NCBI GenBank assembly: GCA_024137785.1
Contig: JAHRHZ010000003.1
Coordinates: forward strand, 13,092,761 to 13,156,760
Length of the DNA: 64,000 bases
Source: Ginglymostoma cirratum
Taxonomy: Eukaryota
Reading direction: 5' to 3'
This document shows positions 11,420 to 24,439 of the stretch, piece after piece. A program made the position numbers and the translations under genes. Every line of letters begins with the position of its first letter. Position 1 is the stretch's first letter. The notes under the pieces were generated by a model. That model did no database searches, was not told the origin of the DNA, and saw only the letters and a program-made list of their open reading frames with translations.

Positions 11420-12595
11420 AACCGTGCTTGAGAAATATAATGGAACTTTTCAAGGATGTAGTTTGCAGAGTTTATAAGGGGGAGCCAGTAGGTGTAGTTT
11501 ACTTGGACTTTCACAAGGCTTTTGATGTGCCAGAAAAAGAGATAAGCATGTAAATGTAAGCATGTGGGATTGGAGGCGGTGTACAGACATGGATAGAAAA
11601 GCCGTTGGCGGCCAGGAATCAGCAAGTAAGAATAAATGCTTCTTTTTCCAAGTGGCTAGTAGTGACTTTCGAGGTACCGTAGGAATTGGTGCTTGGCCGT
11701 CGGCTCATAATATATATCCGTGACTTAGAGAGGGAACTAAGTGTAATATCTTAAAATTTGCAGATGGCGCAAAGTTGGATGAGAGGGTGAACTGTCAGAA
11801 GGATGCAGAGATCCTCCCCTCTGGATCCTTTTTTCTCCTCCCGTCCAAACAGGAGGTTCAGACATGTTGAGTGAGTGAGCGCATGTATGGCAGATTAAAT
11901 ATAATGTGGATAAAGGTGAGATTATCCACTTTGATGGGTAAAACAGGGAGGCAGATTATTATTTGAAAAAAATAAAACTATTATTTGGTCAAGTCGTCTT
12001 TAGTTGGGGAATGATATTCAGGGACAGTCAGCCAGGATTGGGGTGTCAGGAGGTCCATTTGAAAGGGGGAGGTGCAACAAGACCTTAGGGTCCCTGTACG
12101 TCATTTGCTGTGAGTAAGCATGCAAGTGCAGCAGGTGGTTAAGATGATACATGGTATGTTTGTGTTCATAGCTTTGATGATTGAAGTACAACAACAAGAA
12201 TGGCTTGCTGCAATTGTATGGGGCCTTGGTGAGATTACACCCTGGAGTGTTCGGTGCAGTTTTGGTCTTCCTAACTGAGGAAGGATATTCTTTGCTGTGG
12301 AGGGGCTGCAATGAAGGTTTACTGATCGTATGGTGATGTATGAAGAGCAACTGAAATGGTTAAAACGGCATTCATTGAAATTCAGAAGAATGAGGCCAGG
12401 CTGGGGGGGGGGAAGAGAGGGAGTGGGGAGTTGGGGGGTGGGGGCGTTAGGAAGGAGTTAGATACAATCTTTGGGCTAAAGGGATCCAAAGGTATGGGTA
12501 AAAGGCAGGAACAGGGTACTGAGGTGGATCGTACTGAATGATAGAGCAAGCTCAACGGGCAGAATGGCCTACTCCTCCTATATTACATGTTTCTG
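11420..12595 (+). mobile_element. CR1 LINE, 3' portion of ORF2 plus tail, decayed
   Basis: VVYLDFHKAFD-like (gtagtttacttggactttcacaaggcttttgat) and KFAD-like (aaatttgcagatg) motifs; CR1 tail gggcagaatggcctactcctcc. Confidence 0.85.
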
Positions 12596-12974
12596 TGATG
12601 GCAGATTGGTAGGGTAGCAAGTGGGTCTAGAGCATCTGTAATTGAGCCAGGTGCATGAGGTTAGGTTGGGTATCTGATCACAACTGATTGAACATGGATC
12701 CACAAGATTGGAGGTCAGTGCTGAGGTTGCGTCAGGAAGAGCTGAGGTAGTTTGGTCAAGTTGTCTTTAGTGGGGGAATGATATTCGGGGATAGTCAGCC
12801 AGGGTTGGGGTATCAGGAGGTCCATGTGATCCTCTTCATGCAACTCTTGAGCTACGCTGCTGGAATAATGATCTTGTCATTGGAGGTCTTGGACTGCTAT
12901 AACACAGAAGTTGTTAATTCAAGATATTAAGTCTGTTTAAGTTCTTGGGAAGAACCTCCTTTGCTGGTTCTTCT

Positions 12975-13390
12975 TCCACATCACTCTAATTCTTTCTCTT
13001 CAAAGTGTTTATCCAGTTCTCTTTTGAAGGTGAATATTGAGTCTGTATCAGTCACCCAACAGGCTGCACCCTGTGAATCTAAATCTAAATCTAAATGTGC
13101 CATATAGTTCTGTCACCTCTAGTACTTGTATGAATCATCTTAAAGCTGTATCCTCTGCTAATTGGCAATTCGGCCACTGGAAACAGTTTCCCTTTATTTT
13201 CTCCTGATGATTTTAAACACCTCTGTAAAATCCCGTCTTGCTCTTCTCTGCCTGACCCAGCTTCTCTCATCATTCCACATATGTATAATTTCTTCTACAA
13301 AATTCTTCTACAAAAATTTTCGCAAGCTTTTCCTTGATCCTCTCCAGAGCCATCACATCCTTGCTCAAGTGTGATGCCCAGAATTAGATA
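12975..13390 (-). mobile_element. Old CR1 3' fragment
   Basis: Antisense CR1 end: tttatccagttctcttttgaagg...attttaaacacctctgtaaaatc...gatgcccagaatt. Confidence 0.65.
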
Positions 13391-13394
13391 CTAA

Positions 13395-13890
13395 TTATTT
13401 TGAGGATACTTTGTGAAGGTATCAGAGTAAACACCAGCAATGCAGTGTAATGTGAAGTGATTTATCTGAATTTTGACACGGTTGTCAATGAGGGTGGCCG
13501 TAATAGACTAATGAATAAGGAGTTCAGTCATTGTCAAAATGGGTTGCTTGCTGGCTTCAAGATGATAAGCAGAGACTGGGAGTAAACAGTAATTATTCAG
13601 AGTGGATGAAGGTGGACATCATGTTGTACAAGAATAAGCGCGAAGACCACTGTTGTTGACTTTGCAGGAGCAATTTACACCATGGAATTGAAAAGAATTT
13701 CTAAATTTGCAGATGCAGTCAACGCTGAGAAGGATTTAAACAAAAATGTAGGAGGATTTTTATGATCTTGTAGAATGGAAGAATTCTAGGCAAATGATCT
13801 TGATTCCAGATAAATGTGAAGTAGGCGATTTTGGTAAGAAGAATATGAAGGTTTCTCTTACTTGGAAAATGCAGGTCAAGGTGGGGAAGC
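13395..13890 (+). mobile_element. Old CR1 ORF2 (RT) fragment
   Basis: gtgatttatctgaatttt, ctaaatttgcagatg and gataaatgtgaagtaggcgattttggtaag resemble the CR1 RT region. Confidence 0.6.
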
Positions 13891-14410
13891 AATGTTATCT
13901 TGAACTTTTCCATTCAAGTGTGAAATGAATTTCACGATGTAGACAATATCGAGGTAATGAGCAAATGAATGCCACTAATAGGAAAAAAGAAGTATTTGCC
14001 TTTGTTTAGACATGCTGTGTGATCACAGCTGATGGTAATATTGGGCATGTCAGATCTCCGAGTGATTCCAAGTTTAACAGATCATTGGACTCTTTTAATT
14101 TGGTAAGTCACTGAATATGGTCATGAGAGCTCCCAATGTTCTCTTAATAAAAGAACATAGAAGTTTATTGCATTACTAAACAATGTCACATGATGCAAGA
14201 GGAATTTGAAATGGCCTTCAGACAAAAATCAGAAAGAAAGATTAAATCCTTTTACCCCTCGACAACCTTACTGGCAGCCAAAACACAAACCTGTCTCCAT
14301 GCTACAGCACTTGTCTGGCTGGCTTGGCTTGGTTGTAACTGGTTTCATGTCAGCATATTTATGCATTTACGGCACTGTATTCTGAAGTTAATCAAAGTGG
14401 AATACTCTGA

Positions 14411-15424
14411 ATCAAGATGGCGATGGAGTAGCAAGGCTGTCTGTGGGCTTTTGAGGACTGGGCTCATCCACTGCCGTCTGCTTTGTTACTTTTCTTACTG
14501 TGCTATTTTTCTTTCTCTTTCTCTCTTTCACTTTTCTCATTTATATTTCATTTCTTCAAAGTCGTTTGTGGTGGTTAAATTTGGCAGCATTGGCATGGCA
14601 GTGCGAGCGGGCTGTGCATGGAATGGTGACAGCCTCCAGGCAGTTGGAAATGGTGGCAGCGGACGCAGCTCCTCCAGGGAATTCGAGGCAGCAGCAGAAA
14701 GGATGCTGTTCCAGCATTCGGGGCCAGCAGCAGCGGCGAAACTCATCTCGTGATCAGACATGGCGGTGGCTGCGGGCTTTTCAAGATGATGGTGCCGGCA
14801 AGGTGAACATCTCTGAGGAGATGGCTGGAGCACAACTCTTGGCAAGGTGGTGGTCTGGTCTGGCAGCAGAGTTGGGGCATTATGGTTACAGTACACCCAC
14901 AGCTGGGGCATCTGGTGTTGGTGCAGCAGCGTGGTATGCCCGGAGCGGAGACTTCTGGCATCATTGAGACAGCGCCAGAACCAGGGGCTGCTGGTTTTGG
15001 CCATGGCATGCCTGGAATGGGATCTTCTGGTTATCGCAAGGCCATAGCAGAGTTGGGAATTCCTGGTTGCGGGGTAAGTGTCGGGTCTGCATGGGACCAG
15101 GCATTGGTGAGGCTGGCCCAGTGGTGAAGAGATGGCGCCGAAAGAGTGGTGATTCCTATGTTGCTGCGTCTGGTGAGGTGGTGGGAGGAGGATGGTAGTG
15201 CAGGTCTCGGCGGTGAGCTGGCTCAGAGGTCACAACTCATGGTGGAGGCAGCGGAACAAAAAATTGGCTGTCTTTTAGCTGTTACTTTTTGAACCATAGA
15301 CCCATAAATTACTCTTAAACTATTCAAAATGGTGCTGGATTGTGGTGTTAGTTGAAGCTTATTGCTGCATTTTACTGTCTCATTCACTGCAAAATGCAAG
15401 TAACGGTGAATTTCAATTCAATTG
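14411..15424 (+). mobile_element. About 1-kb GC-rich non-autonomous retroelement (Rex/Babar-like termini, tentative)
   Basis: Starts caagatggcg, has a GC-rich gcagcg/ggcgg interior distinct from its flanks, and ends ttactgt...tttcaattcaatt (short tandem tail). Confidence 0.45.
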
Positions 15425-16000
15425 AAGCCACTTCCTTAGACCCTACTAACACAGCTCACTTGCACCTTAACATTTATTCCTTCAACTCTTGTCCTTAAGA
15501 GAGTTGTAGGATGTCTTTTTTTTTTCTCTTGGGAACCTCCTTGGCCGCCTTCTGATGTTTAATCCAAAGCAATTTGGGACTTTTCCCACAGCTCTGACTG
15601 CTTGTAACAGCACCTCTGCAGCAATTTACCTCTTTTCTTTGACTGAACCAGTCTGCTGTTTGAATAAATGTTCTTCTGGGCCTCCTCTCTGGGTTGTGAA
15701 GCTCAAGTTTACACCAGCAGTTTGCTTGCCAGGGGAGGGGCTTGCTGTCATTTAGCTCTCATCACATGATTTATTGCAAGTATTGTCTTTGGCTCACGGA
15801 TCAAAAATGACTTTCTGACCCTTTCTTAAAAACATCTCAGACCTCATTAGAGCTGGAATATAAACGCATTTCTTCCTCACCTGAGGACTCAAACAATAAT
15901 GAGATGTTATGACTGTTTGGCCCACAGTGATAAAAGGATATTCTGCATGTGGTGTCCATGGGAGTAATTTACTGTCCCCATCTGAAACCCATGGAAACTT

Positions 16001-16118
16001 AGGGGTCCTCTTGTGGTGCAGTGGTAGTGTCCCCATCCCTGGACCAGGCAGCCTAGGCTCAGGTCCCACCTGCTCTGGAGGTGTGTGACAACATCACTGA
16101 ACAGATTAATTAGAAAAA
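16001..16118 (+). mobile_element. Short tRNA-derived SINE
   Basis: A-box-like tggtgcagtgg and B-box-like ggctcaggtcc; homologous copy at 57340-57455 and a head fragment at about 43420-43480. Confidence 0.7.
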
Positions 16119-16375
16119 CCAGGTTATAAAAAAAAAAATGAAATTTATGAATTAACGCGCCAGTTTACCGATTACTGCAGCATTGTGATGATTTGAGTGC
16201 TTTCAGCAGTTTGGGCCAGCAGAAGCGGCGAAACTCATCTCGTGATCGGACGTGGCGATGGCTGCGGGCCACCGGAAGGAAATGGGCCAAATGCTGACCA
16301 GAAGAAAGAGCCTATATTCGTACAAAATTTTTCACCGCTACAGGATGTCCCAGAATGCTTCACAGTAATCATTTT

Positions 16376-17321
16376 GTCATTTTATATAAATGATTTGGAT
16401 GTGAGTGTAGGCACTATGGTTAGTAAGTTTGCAAATGACATCGCAATAGGTGATATAGTGGACACTGAAGAAGATAACCTCATATTACTATAGGATTTTG
16501 ATCAGATAGGCCAGTGGGCTGAGGAGTGGCAGATGGATTTTATTTTAGATAACTGTGAGATGTTGCATTTTGGTAAGGCAAACTAGGGCAGGACTTAAAC
16601 AGTTAATTGTCATGCCGTGGGGAGTGTTGTTGACTAAAGAGACCTAGAGGTACAGGCGCGTAGTTCGTTGAAAGTGGATTTGCAGTTAGACAGGTTGGTG
16701 AAGAAGGCGTTTAGCACACTTGCCTTCATTGGTCATGACAAAGGGTGTAGGAGTTAGGATGTCCAGCTGTACAGGACATTGGTGAGGCCACGTTTGGAAT
16801 ACTGCTTATCATTCTGGCTATCCCTCTGTAGGGAGTATGTTGTTAAACTTAATAGGTTCAGAAAAGATTTACAAGGATGTTGCCAGTTGGAGGGCTTCTA
16901 CTCCAGGGAGAGGCAGAATAGGCTGGGGCTATTTTCCCTGGAGCATTAGAGGCTAAGCATGACATTGCAGAGGTTTATAAAATCATGAGGGGCATGGATA
17001 AGTTGAATAGCTAAAGTTTTTAACCCAGGGTGGTGGAGTGCAAAACTAGAGTGCGTAGGTTCCAGGTGAGAGGGGAAAGATTTAAATAGGACCAGAAGGG
17101 TGACCTTTTCACGCAGAGGGTGGTGCATGTATGGAATGAGCTGCCAGAAGACGTGCTGGAGGCTAATGCGATTACGGCATTTAAAAGACATCCAGATGCG
17201 TGTATGAATAAGAAGGGTTTGGAGGGATATGGGCTAAATGCTGGCAAATGGGACTAGGTCAGATTGGGATGCATGGTTGGCGTGGATGATTTGGACCCAA
17301 TGGTATGTTTCGATGACTCTA
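16376..17321 (+). mobile_element. CR1 (HER1-type) LINE, 5'-truncated
   Basis: YINDLDVSVGTMVSKFAND (RT motif C region), ctgtacaggacattggtgaggccacgtttggaatactgc (LYRTLVRPRLEYC), gtatggaatgagctgcca (VWNELP) and CR1 tail ending atgactcta. Confidence 0.92.
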
Positions 17322-17899
17322 CGTGTAGCTATCCCACTTTTACCAGTCTTAATGTGTTCTTAAAAACTGTGTGCTAAACAAAAACATGCTCAATGAAAAT
17401 CATTTGCCCAAAAGAAAACTTGTACGTAGGGCAGATATGTTTCCAACCTGTAATTCTTAGTTTGAAAATCTACTTTACCGGTCTGCCTTGACCTCATCCT
17501 CATCAGCACCGAGTAACACTGAATTGATTGCCTCCTGCTTGCTGCTTCCTACTTCAGACTCGCTGACCTTTGTGTTTACAGCTTCCCTCCCACTTTCTGC
17601 TTTTCACCTGAGCCCTTGTGCTTAGTGCCTCTCTTGAGCATAGCTGATTATCCTTGTATCTCTGCTTGAATATCAACCAATCAAATTGCATCAAATAAAT
17701 AATTGCGTCAGATTATGCCCATGGAGCCCTTAGATTTTCAAAAACTACTTAGTGAGTAACCAAATTCTTCAGTTCGCAGAAGGTGGCTCCTTTTCTTCAG
17801 AATCTCCCAGTTCCAGACAGTGTTCTTTTCTGAGCTGTCATTGGGCTCATGCTTCAATCTGCACTACTTAATGGATACCTGTCCAACTGAGAAGGAAAT

Positions 17900-19305
17900 T
17901 GATGAATTTGAAGATTATTGGAATGTCTGAGTATGAGGATTTCTTGAGCGATAGAAATGAATGTTCAGAATGTTATTCTATATGCAAGTTGAGCCTGCGT
18001 TAGATTACTCGGTTTTGTGTTCATCTGATCAATATAAAAGTGATATTGAGACACAGTAGAAAGAAAATTTACGAGCATGAGTATCAGAAAAGTGAGAGAA
18101 TGGATATCTGGAAAAGATTCACAGGCTGGTTTTCTCACATGAGAAGGATGATGTAAGGTGATCTCACAGAAGTATTAAAAATGATGGAAGGTTTATACTG
18201 GGAGATGATTTGTGCAAAAGAGTCTTACTAAAGGCCATCTACTAAAGATATGTGATTTTATCTATATTTTAATATCTTAAAGTGTTTCACTTTTGAACTC
18301 GTGACATGTGGGTTTTGATCTGTGTGGGAGAGGAGTTTAATGATTTACTAGTCAGTATTTCTGGAGCCATGGCTTTTCGAAACCAGTATAAGAGACCTGG
18401 AATGCTAATAGGAATTTGTTTTCATTGGGAATGTTTTATGATTAATCCAGTAATTATTGAAGAGCATTAGCTTGCTTTCAGGAAGAAGAATTATAAATTG
18501 ATTTTATTTTTGCTTGAGGAAACACTGATTGTTTGGAAAGCTTTTGGTTTGAATTCACAGGTTTGAAGGCCTAAAAAGAACTCCGTTCTCATGGAACAAA
18601 GAGCGCACAGAAAAGTTGTTGAATTACATGACCTCAGTGTCTGTGTTTAGTTTGTAAGTTCCAGACAAGAGGTGTTTGGCTAGAAGCCTGAAAGGTTATT
18701 TGAAGTTGCGGAAGTTGAAACTCCGTTGTACTGACACTCGAGGAAGAAGCTATCAGACTCTCAAGTCTGGAAAAGTAACAAGTTAAGTCAAGCCTGTATG
18801 TGTGACACAGCAGAGGACTGAAGAGTTTTTTTCTACTGTCAAGATGAAATAAATATTTTGCCGTGTTTAGAAATCTGTAAAATTGCGTTGTGTGTAAGCA
18901 GCTTGGTCTACTCGGTTCTATTTTTGCTTTTGCTTAATAAACCAAAAGTGTGGCATTGTGTGAAGGACCACCTTATAATTTTTTTAAGAAATGATGCTCT
19001 GAGCCAGTTTTCAATCTAGAATCTGACTGCCTAGTAATGACGTTAGTTGAGACAATATAAGGAACCCAATTGGGTGTTTAGATGTGTCTTTATGATGTGG
19101 TGCGAATATGGAACTCGCTACCACAGAGAATTGTTTAAGTGTTGGTGCATTTAAGGGAAGCTGTACCAGTGTATGAGGAAAAATGCAATAGAGGGTCTGA
19201 TGGATTTAGATGTGAAACGCTGGGAAATGACTCGAGAGGGCATAAAAAACAGTATGGACTAAGTTTCTTGAATGGCCTGTTTCTCTGCTCTCAATCCTTT
19301 GTAAT
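17900..19305 (+). mobile_element. Old CR1 3' fragment split by the insertion at 18251-19060
   Basis: CR1-like sequence on both sides is collinear (ggtgatctcacagaagtattaaaaatgatggaagg ... tggaactcgctaccacag ... gaatggcctgtttct). Confidence 0.6.
18251..19060 (+). mobile_element. Probable solo LTR nested in CR1
   Basis: About 810-nt non-CR1 interruption starting TG, with AATAAA at 18936 and an LTR-like end (atctgactgcctagtaatgacgttagttgagac). No clear TSD. Confidence 0.4.
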
Positions 19306-20334
19306 TTATTGTCAAGTGTCTTCGTGGCCACTTTTGTCTCACACCTGGCTGTGTGACTATAAATAGCTATAAATAAAGATGACACTCCAATCATAACTTA
19401 GTACACCTGGGAGGGTACCATGTTGAAAATTTTTGGCGGCAGGTAAAGTGAGCTGATTCTAATTTGGCAGATGAGTAGGTTTATGTCATGTTTCATTGGC
19501 ATCATTTGGAATTTGTGTTTGCTGACCAATGGCTGCAAACACCTCTTGGTTTTGATGGTTGAGATTTCCCAGCTCAGTGAAAAATTATCTCCTGGGTTAA
19601 GCTTTGCTATTTCCAGCCAACTTCGTGGAGGTCTGTGATGTTTTTTTCCTGAATTTCTGCTTGTGAGGCCAATAGTAATTTGCACCTCACTTGTGGGAAT
19701 AAGCTTTGCAAAAACCCAAACAGCCCACAAGAGCTGTCAATTGCTGACAATGTTTGGTCTGAATATCGTGTTTGATGCGCCTATTTAATTAAGACTGATT
19801 TTTTTTACCTCTTCCTTGTAAGACTTGAAAGCAGTTTGCTTTGTGACTGAGATTCATAATTGCCATAATGTTTCCTTGACAGGAATTCAGGCATGCTTTG
19901 ATCGTTGTGGCTTTTAACTTGCTGTTGCTCTACATGAAGAAATAAGCAGTGTCCATCTGGTTAGGGTACATTTTCAGAAAACAAGTTTTCATTTGGTTCT
20001 CTGCAGAAGGTGGAAGCTAGACAGAAGTTGCCGCCACTTTCATGCAATCAGCCTGTTCAAAGATTGATACAGCCACAAGACCCATCGTATTAACTTTTCA
20101 TCTCCCACTTCCAAGAGGTCAGATATCTTGTGAGCACGAATGTCTGCATTCTGATCGTCTTCATTACAACATAAGCTTGCAGTCACCGATCTGTGTTGAG
20201 TATTTTTGCAACTCTGGATCCTGAAATGTTGTTATTTTTGCTCACTTCATGACCCCAAATTCAAAGACTTGATAGTGTGTGGTAACAAGAGAGTGTAGTT
20301 AGAGTCAGTTTCTAGGTTTACAGATGGGATTCTT

Positions 20335-21450
20335 AGAATAGCATGTCATGAGATAAGGCTATTTGGCCCATCGTGCCTCTGCATCACTTCTATTATATTT
20401 TTCAGTTAAGTGTCATAGAGGTATACAAGGGGCTCAACTCATCCATGCCTGTCCTAAATTGAGCTAGTCCCATTTGCCTGTGTTTGGCCCATATCCTTCA
20501 ATTTTTCCTATCTATCTACCTGTCCAAATATCTTTTAAATATTGGAAGTGTACCAGCTTCCACTACTTCCTCTGGTAGCTCGTTCCATATACGCACCGCG
20601 TGTGAAAGGGTTGCTTTCTGCGTCCCTTTTTTTAAACTTTTCTCCTCTCGCCTAAAACCAAAGCCTTGTAGTTTGGGGCTCCCCTATGCTGGGAAAAGAC
20701 CTTGGACTTGGGCAATTTTCTTTTGAAAGTTTCTGTGAAGTCTGTTTCCACCCCCCAAACACACATGCACACACGCACGCACTCTTTCAGGGAATATATT
20801 CCAGATCATAAGTGTATTTTCTTTAAAGATTCCTTTTGCTTTTTAGTTGTTATTTTAATGGAATCCTTTGATTTTGAGCACCTCTGGCAAAGCTCTCTGT
20901 AGATTTTTTTTTGGAGAAAACAGCTTCAAACTCTCAACTCAGTCAGAGAGCGCTGCAGTTTTGTACCTGGTACTATTCTTGTAAATCCCCGTTTGACCCT
21001 TGTGAAGTCCTTCATGTCATTGCTGAAGTATGTTGTCTTGTATATAATTCAACACTTCAACTGGTTTAAACAGTGTTTATGCGTAACTTCTTTGATTTTG
21101 TTCTCTCATCTCTATAAAGCCAAAAACACGCTTTTTTTTCTCAACAACCCTCTTGATTTATTCTGTCATGTTCACGGAAAAAAACGCTCTGGGTCTCTCA
21201 GTTCTTGCAACGCTTGTACAGTATTGCTGTTTAATTCTGTTCTGCATATTTAAAGATCAGTAACCCCAATCCCAAACAAAAGGGACCACTGTTACATACT
21301 CCCCTCCATTCTGGGAAAAAAACATCCATGCCCCACTAGACTCTGCTTTTTGTCCTGAGGCTATTTTCTGCCTATGTTGACGCTGTTGCTTTAATCCATT
21401 GCCTTAAATTTTGCTTAAAAGGTTATGGCATTTTGTTCCATGCTTCGTGA
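20335..21450 (-). mobile_element. Antisense CR1 fragments (younger about 20410-20720, older flanking)
   Basis: ctagtcccatttgcctgtgtttggcccatatcc...ccactacttcctctggtagctcgttccatat is the reverse complement of 17120-17260. Confidence 0.8.
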
Positions 21451-21479
21451 AGATAGATGTATAAACCATCAGCTATTCT

Positions 21480-23015
21480 TTCATTGCTGCCTGTTCACGA
21501 GGTCCCCATAATCAGATATGCCAGTCTTAAGCCAATTCGATTCAATCCACTGATGTCAGTAATGGCTGACAACAAGACTCCTGCTCAGGGTATGGACTGT
21601 GGCAACATCACAACTGAAGTTCTGAAGTCATGCTCCACAAGGAACTACAACCCATATGTGCTGCCAAACTGTTTCAGTTTAGCTAAAACATGAAAATCTA
21701 CCCACAACGGTGGACACTTGCCAAGGTGGACCCTACCCACAAGTAACAGTTCGAAACCAGTCTGACTAACTCCTGCCCGATCGGTCTCCTCTCATCATAA
21801 ACCAATTGATGGAATGTGTCGTCAGTCGTGCCATCAAGCAACATTTGGACAAAAACAGACATGCTTAGTAAGACTTCAATTTCTGCTCCACAAGAGCTTC
21901 TCCGCTCCAGACCTATTTCAGCCTTGGTCCAAACATAGGCAAATAAGTTTCATTCATGAGGAGAAGTATGAATGAGTGCCTTGATATCAAGGCAACATTT
22001 GCGTTAGTATGGCAGCAATAATTGTCCAGAACTGGAGCCAGTAGAAATTGAAGGGAAAAGTCTCAACTGGTTGAAGTCATGTCCCACACAAAGAACCTGG
22101 GTTGTGATTGTTGAAGATTAAAGATCCCAGCTCCAGAGCAATGCTGTGCTAGTGTTCTAGGCTGAACCATCTTCATCTGACCCTGCTTTGGTTCTTAGGT
22201 CAGAAATGGGATGTGCAATCAGAAGTCAACAGGGCTCAGCACGACTTAAGGCCCGGGCTGATCAGTGGCAAGTAACATTTAGGCCACACAAGTGTCAGGG
22301 AATTACCGTTTCCGGCAAGAGAGAGTGTGACGATTGTCCCATAACCTTTAGTGGCATGACCGTAATTGAGTCCCCTGCTGTTAAAATTCTGGGGTTGCCG
22401 CCGAACAGTGCTGAACTGGACCAGCCATATAAACACTGACTACAAGAGTAGATCCATGGCTAGAAATCCTGCTATAAGTCATACCCAATGGCATTTCACC
22501 ACTTAGAAGGCACAAGTCAGAAATGTGATGGAATCTTTCCCACTTTACTGGATGAGTGCCGCTCCGACAGCACTTGGGAAAACTCCACACCATCTCGGAC
22601 AAAGCAGCCTGTTCAACTGCCACCTTTATCTTACATCTTAAAGATTCACTGTCTTCATGATCGATCTGTAGCGGTGATAGTATATAACATCTGCAGAATG
22701 TACTATGGCCACTGCTCAAGGCTCCTTCGACAAGACCTTCCAAACCTGTGACCTCTACCACCTAGAAGCAGAAGGGCAGTTGACATATGGGGCTGTGACC
22801 ACCTACAAATTCCCCTTCAAGTCACACTAAAGTGTGGTTAAATCACGTGGGTCAAAATTCTGAATCTCTCTTCCAAGCAGCACTGTTGGTGTAATTGCAC
22901 CCCAAAGACTGCAGGCGTTCAAGAGGGTAGCTTACTGCCACCTTGTCCAGAGAAACTCGAGCTTGGGAATAATTGCTGAGTCAACCAATGGTGCCCTCGT
23001 CCCATGGAAAAATGA
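21480..23015 (+). mobile_element. tRNA-headed CR1-group LINE, RT region and 3' end, decayed
   Basis: gccttgatatcaaggcaacattt (ALDIKATF), WQVTFRPHKCQ...IESPAVKILG, and the family 3' terminus; homologous to 46740-47735 and 60665-62170. Confidence 0.8.
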
Positions 23016-23829
23016 AGAGTATCTGCTATGTTGTTAATATTCAGCTTGGTTCTATGCGACATGATGACATGTACAATGATCGTAGGCTTGTCTTTTGCTG
23101 TTTTATTTTGACCTTGAGTGCTTTCTGGATGATTACAAAGCACAGTGGATGCTCTTCCTTTTCCACCCCTCTTAGAACGTACTGAACTGTACCCACCCGG
23201 TCAAGTTTGAAGCCCTCCCGTTCTTTGCTGACTAGGTTAAATGCTACTTTTTGATTGCAAACCACCTCCATCAATTCTTTTTCAACTCTTGGAAGTTAGC
23301 CACCATCCTTTATTTTATGCTTGTTTGTAGCTTATGCGCTTGAATAACTGCTTTAAACCTGATATGTTGACTGAGACATCACTTTCTCACTGAAGGTTAT
23401 TCCATGGATTAAGTTAATGTACTCTGGTACTTGTATACAGTCACCTAACTGTACCTTGCCCTGGCTCCCCATCTTATAACTTGTGTAAAAATAAATTTCA
23501 TACGCTGTGTAAAACAATTTGCTTAAAATAAAATTATATCAACAAAAAATGCTACTAGTGTCAGGGTTGAAGTTCTGCCGATGGTGCTTTTCTATGTATA
23601 ATCTTATGGTCTATTCTTAGCTGAACAGTGTTCGCTCTCGTGTTTTTGAAAGGGATTGGAGGTGCAGTGAGTTTGCAGTGTTAGTGCTGTAAATACCACT
23701 CCACAGACCAAAGGTAGGCTGAGCAAACCAGAGGATGGTGCTGCACAAAGAGCTCACTAGCTTTGCCAAAAAAGGTCCACTTCCTTGCTCTTTTTCTATT
23801 GCTCTGCAAAACAGTTTTTTCAGTATTTA

Positions 23830-23925
23830 AGATAACAAGGTGTGGGGCTGAATGAACACAGCCGGCCAAGCAGCATCATAGGAGCAGGAAAGCTTGACGT
23901 TTCGGACCTAGACCTTTCATCAGAA
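23830..23925 (-). mobile_element. Penelope pLTR fragment (family A) inserted in an old antisense CR1 (about 23740-24240)
   Basis: Reverse complement reads ttCTGATGAaaggtctaggtccGAAAcGTCaagctttcctgctcc... Confidence 0.8.
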
Positions 23926-24439
23926 TTTATCCAGTTCTTATTTGGAAGTTACTTTGAATCTACTTCCACCACCCTTTCAAACGTTGAAGACCATGTCACG
24001 CTGATTAGCTGTTTTTCATGTCACCTTTGATTTGATTGTGAAATGTTTTAAATGTGCGTCCTCTGGTCACTGACCTTTATACAACTGGAAACAGATTCTG
24101 TCTTTCTTGAGACGCCTCTGAAATCTCATCAGCCTTCTCTGCTGTATGGCGTTCAACCCGTTTTCCCCTGTGTATCCATGTAACTGAAATCATTCATTCA
24201 TCCTATCAGTGTGTTAAGTTTTCTTCCCTTTCTCCACATTAAAATTATTGCTTCAATGTTCCACACAGTGTATGCACAGTGCGTTAGCTTACTCCTCATT
24301 TTGATACTTCTTGTGACTTCAATAACGCATCCCACCTGCACTTGAACTTGTGCCAGCTCCTAAAAATGTTAAAACAGTAACTAGAAACTAAGACTGATAT
24401 GGCCATCAAGGACTGAGGAAGGAATTGCTGAACTTGTAA

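Noticed and set aside
14190-15127. Overlapping 155-187-aa ORFs on both strands
   Set aside because: Low-complexity products of a GC-rich repeat; no domain motifs or splice structure.
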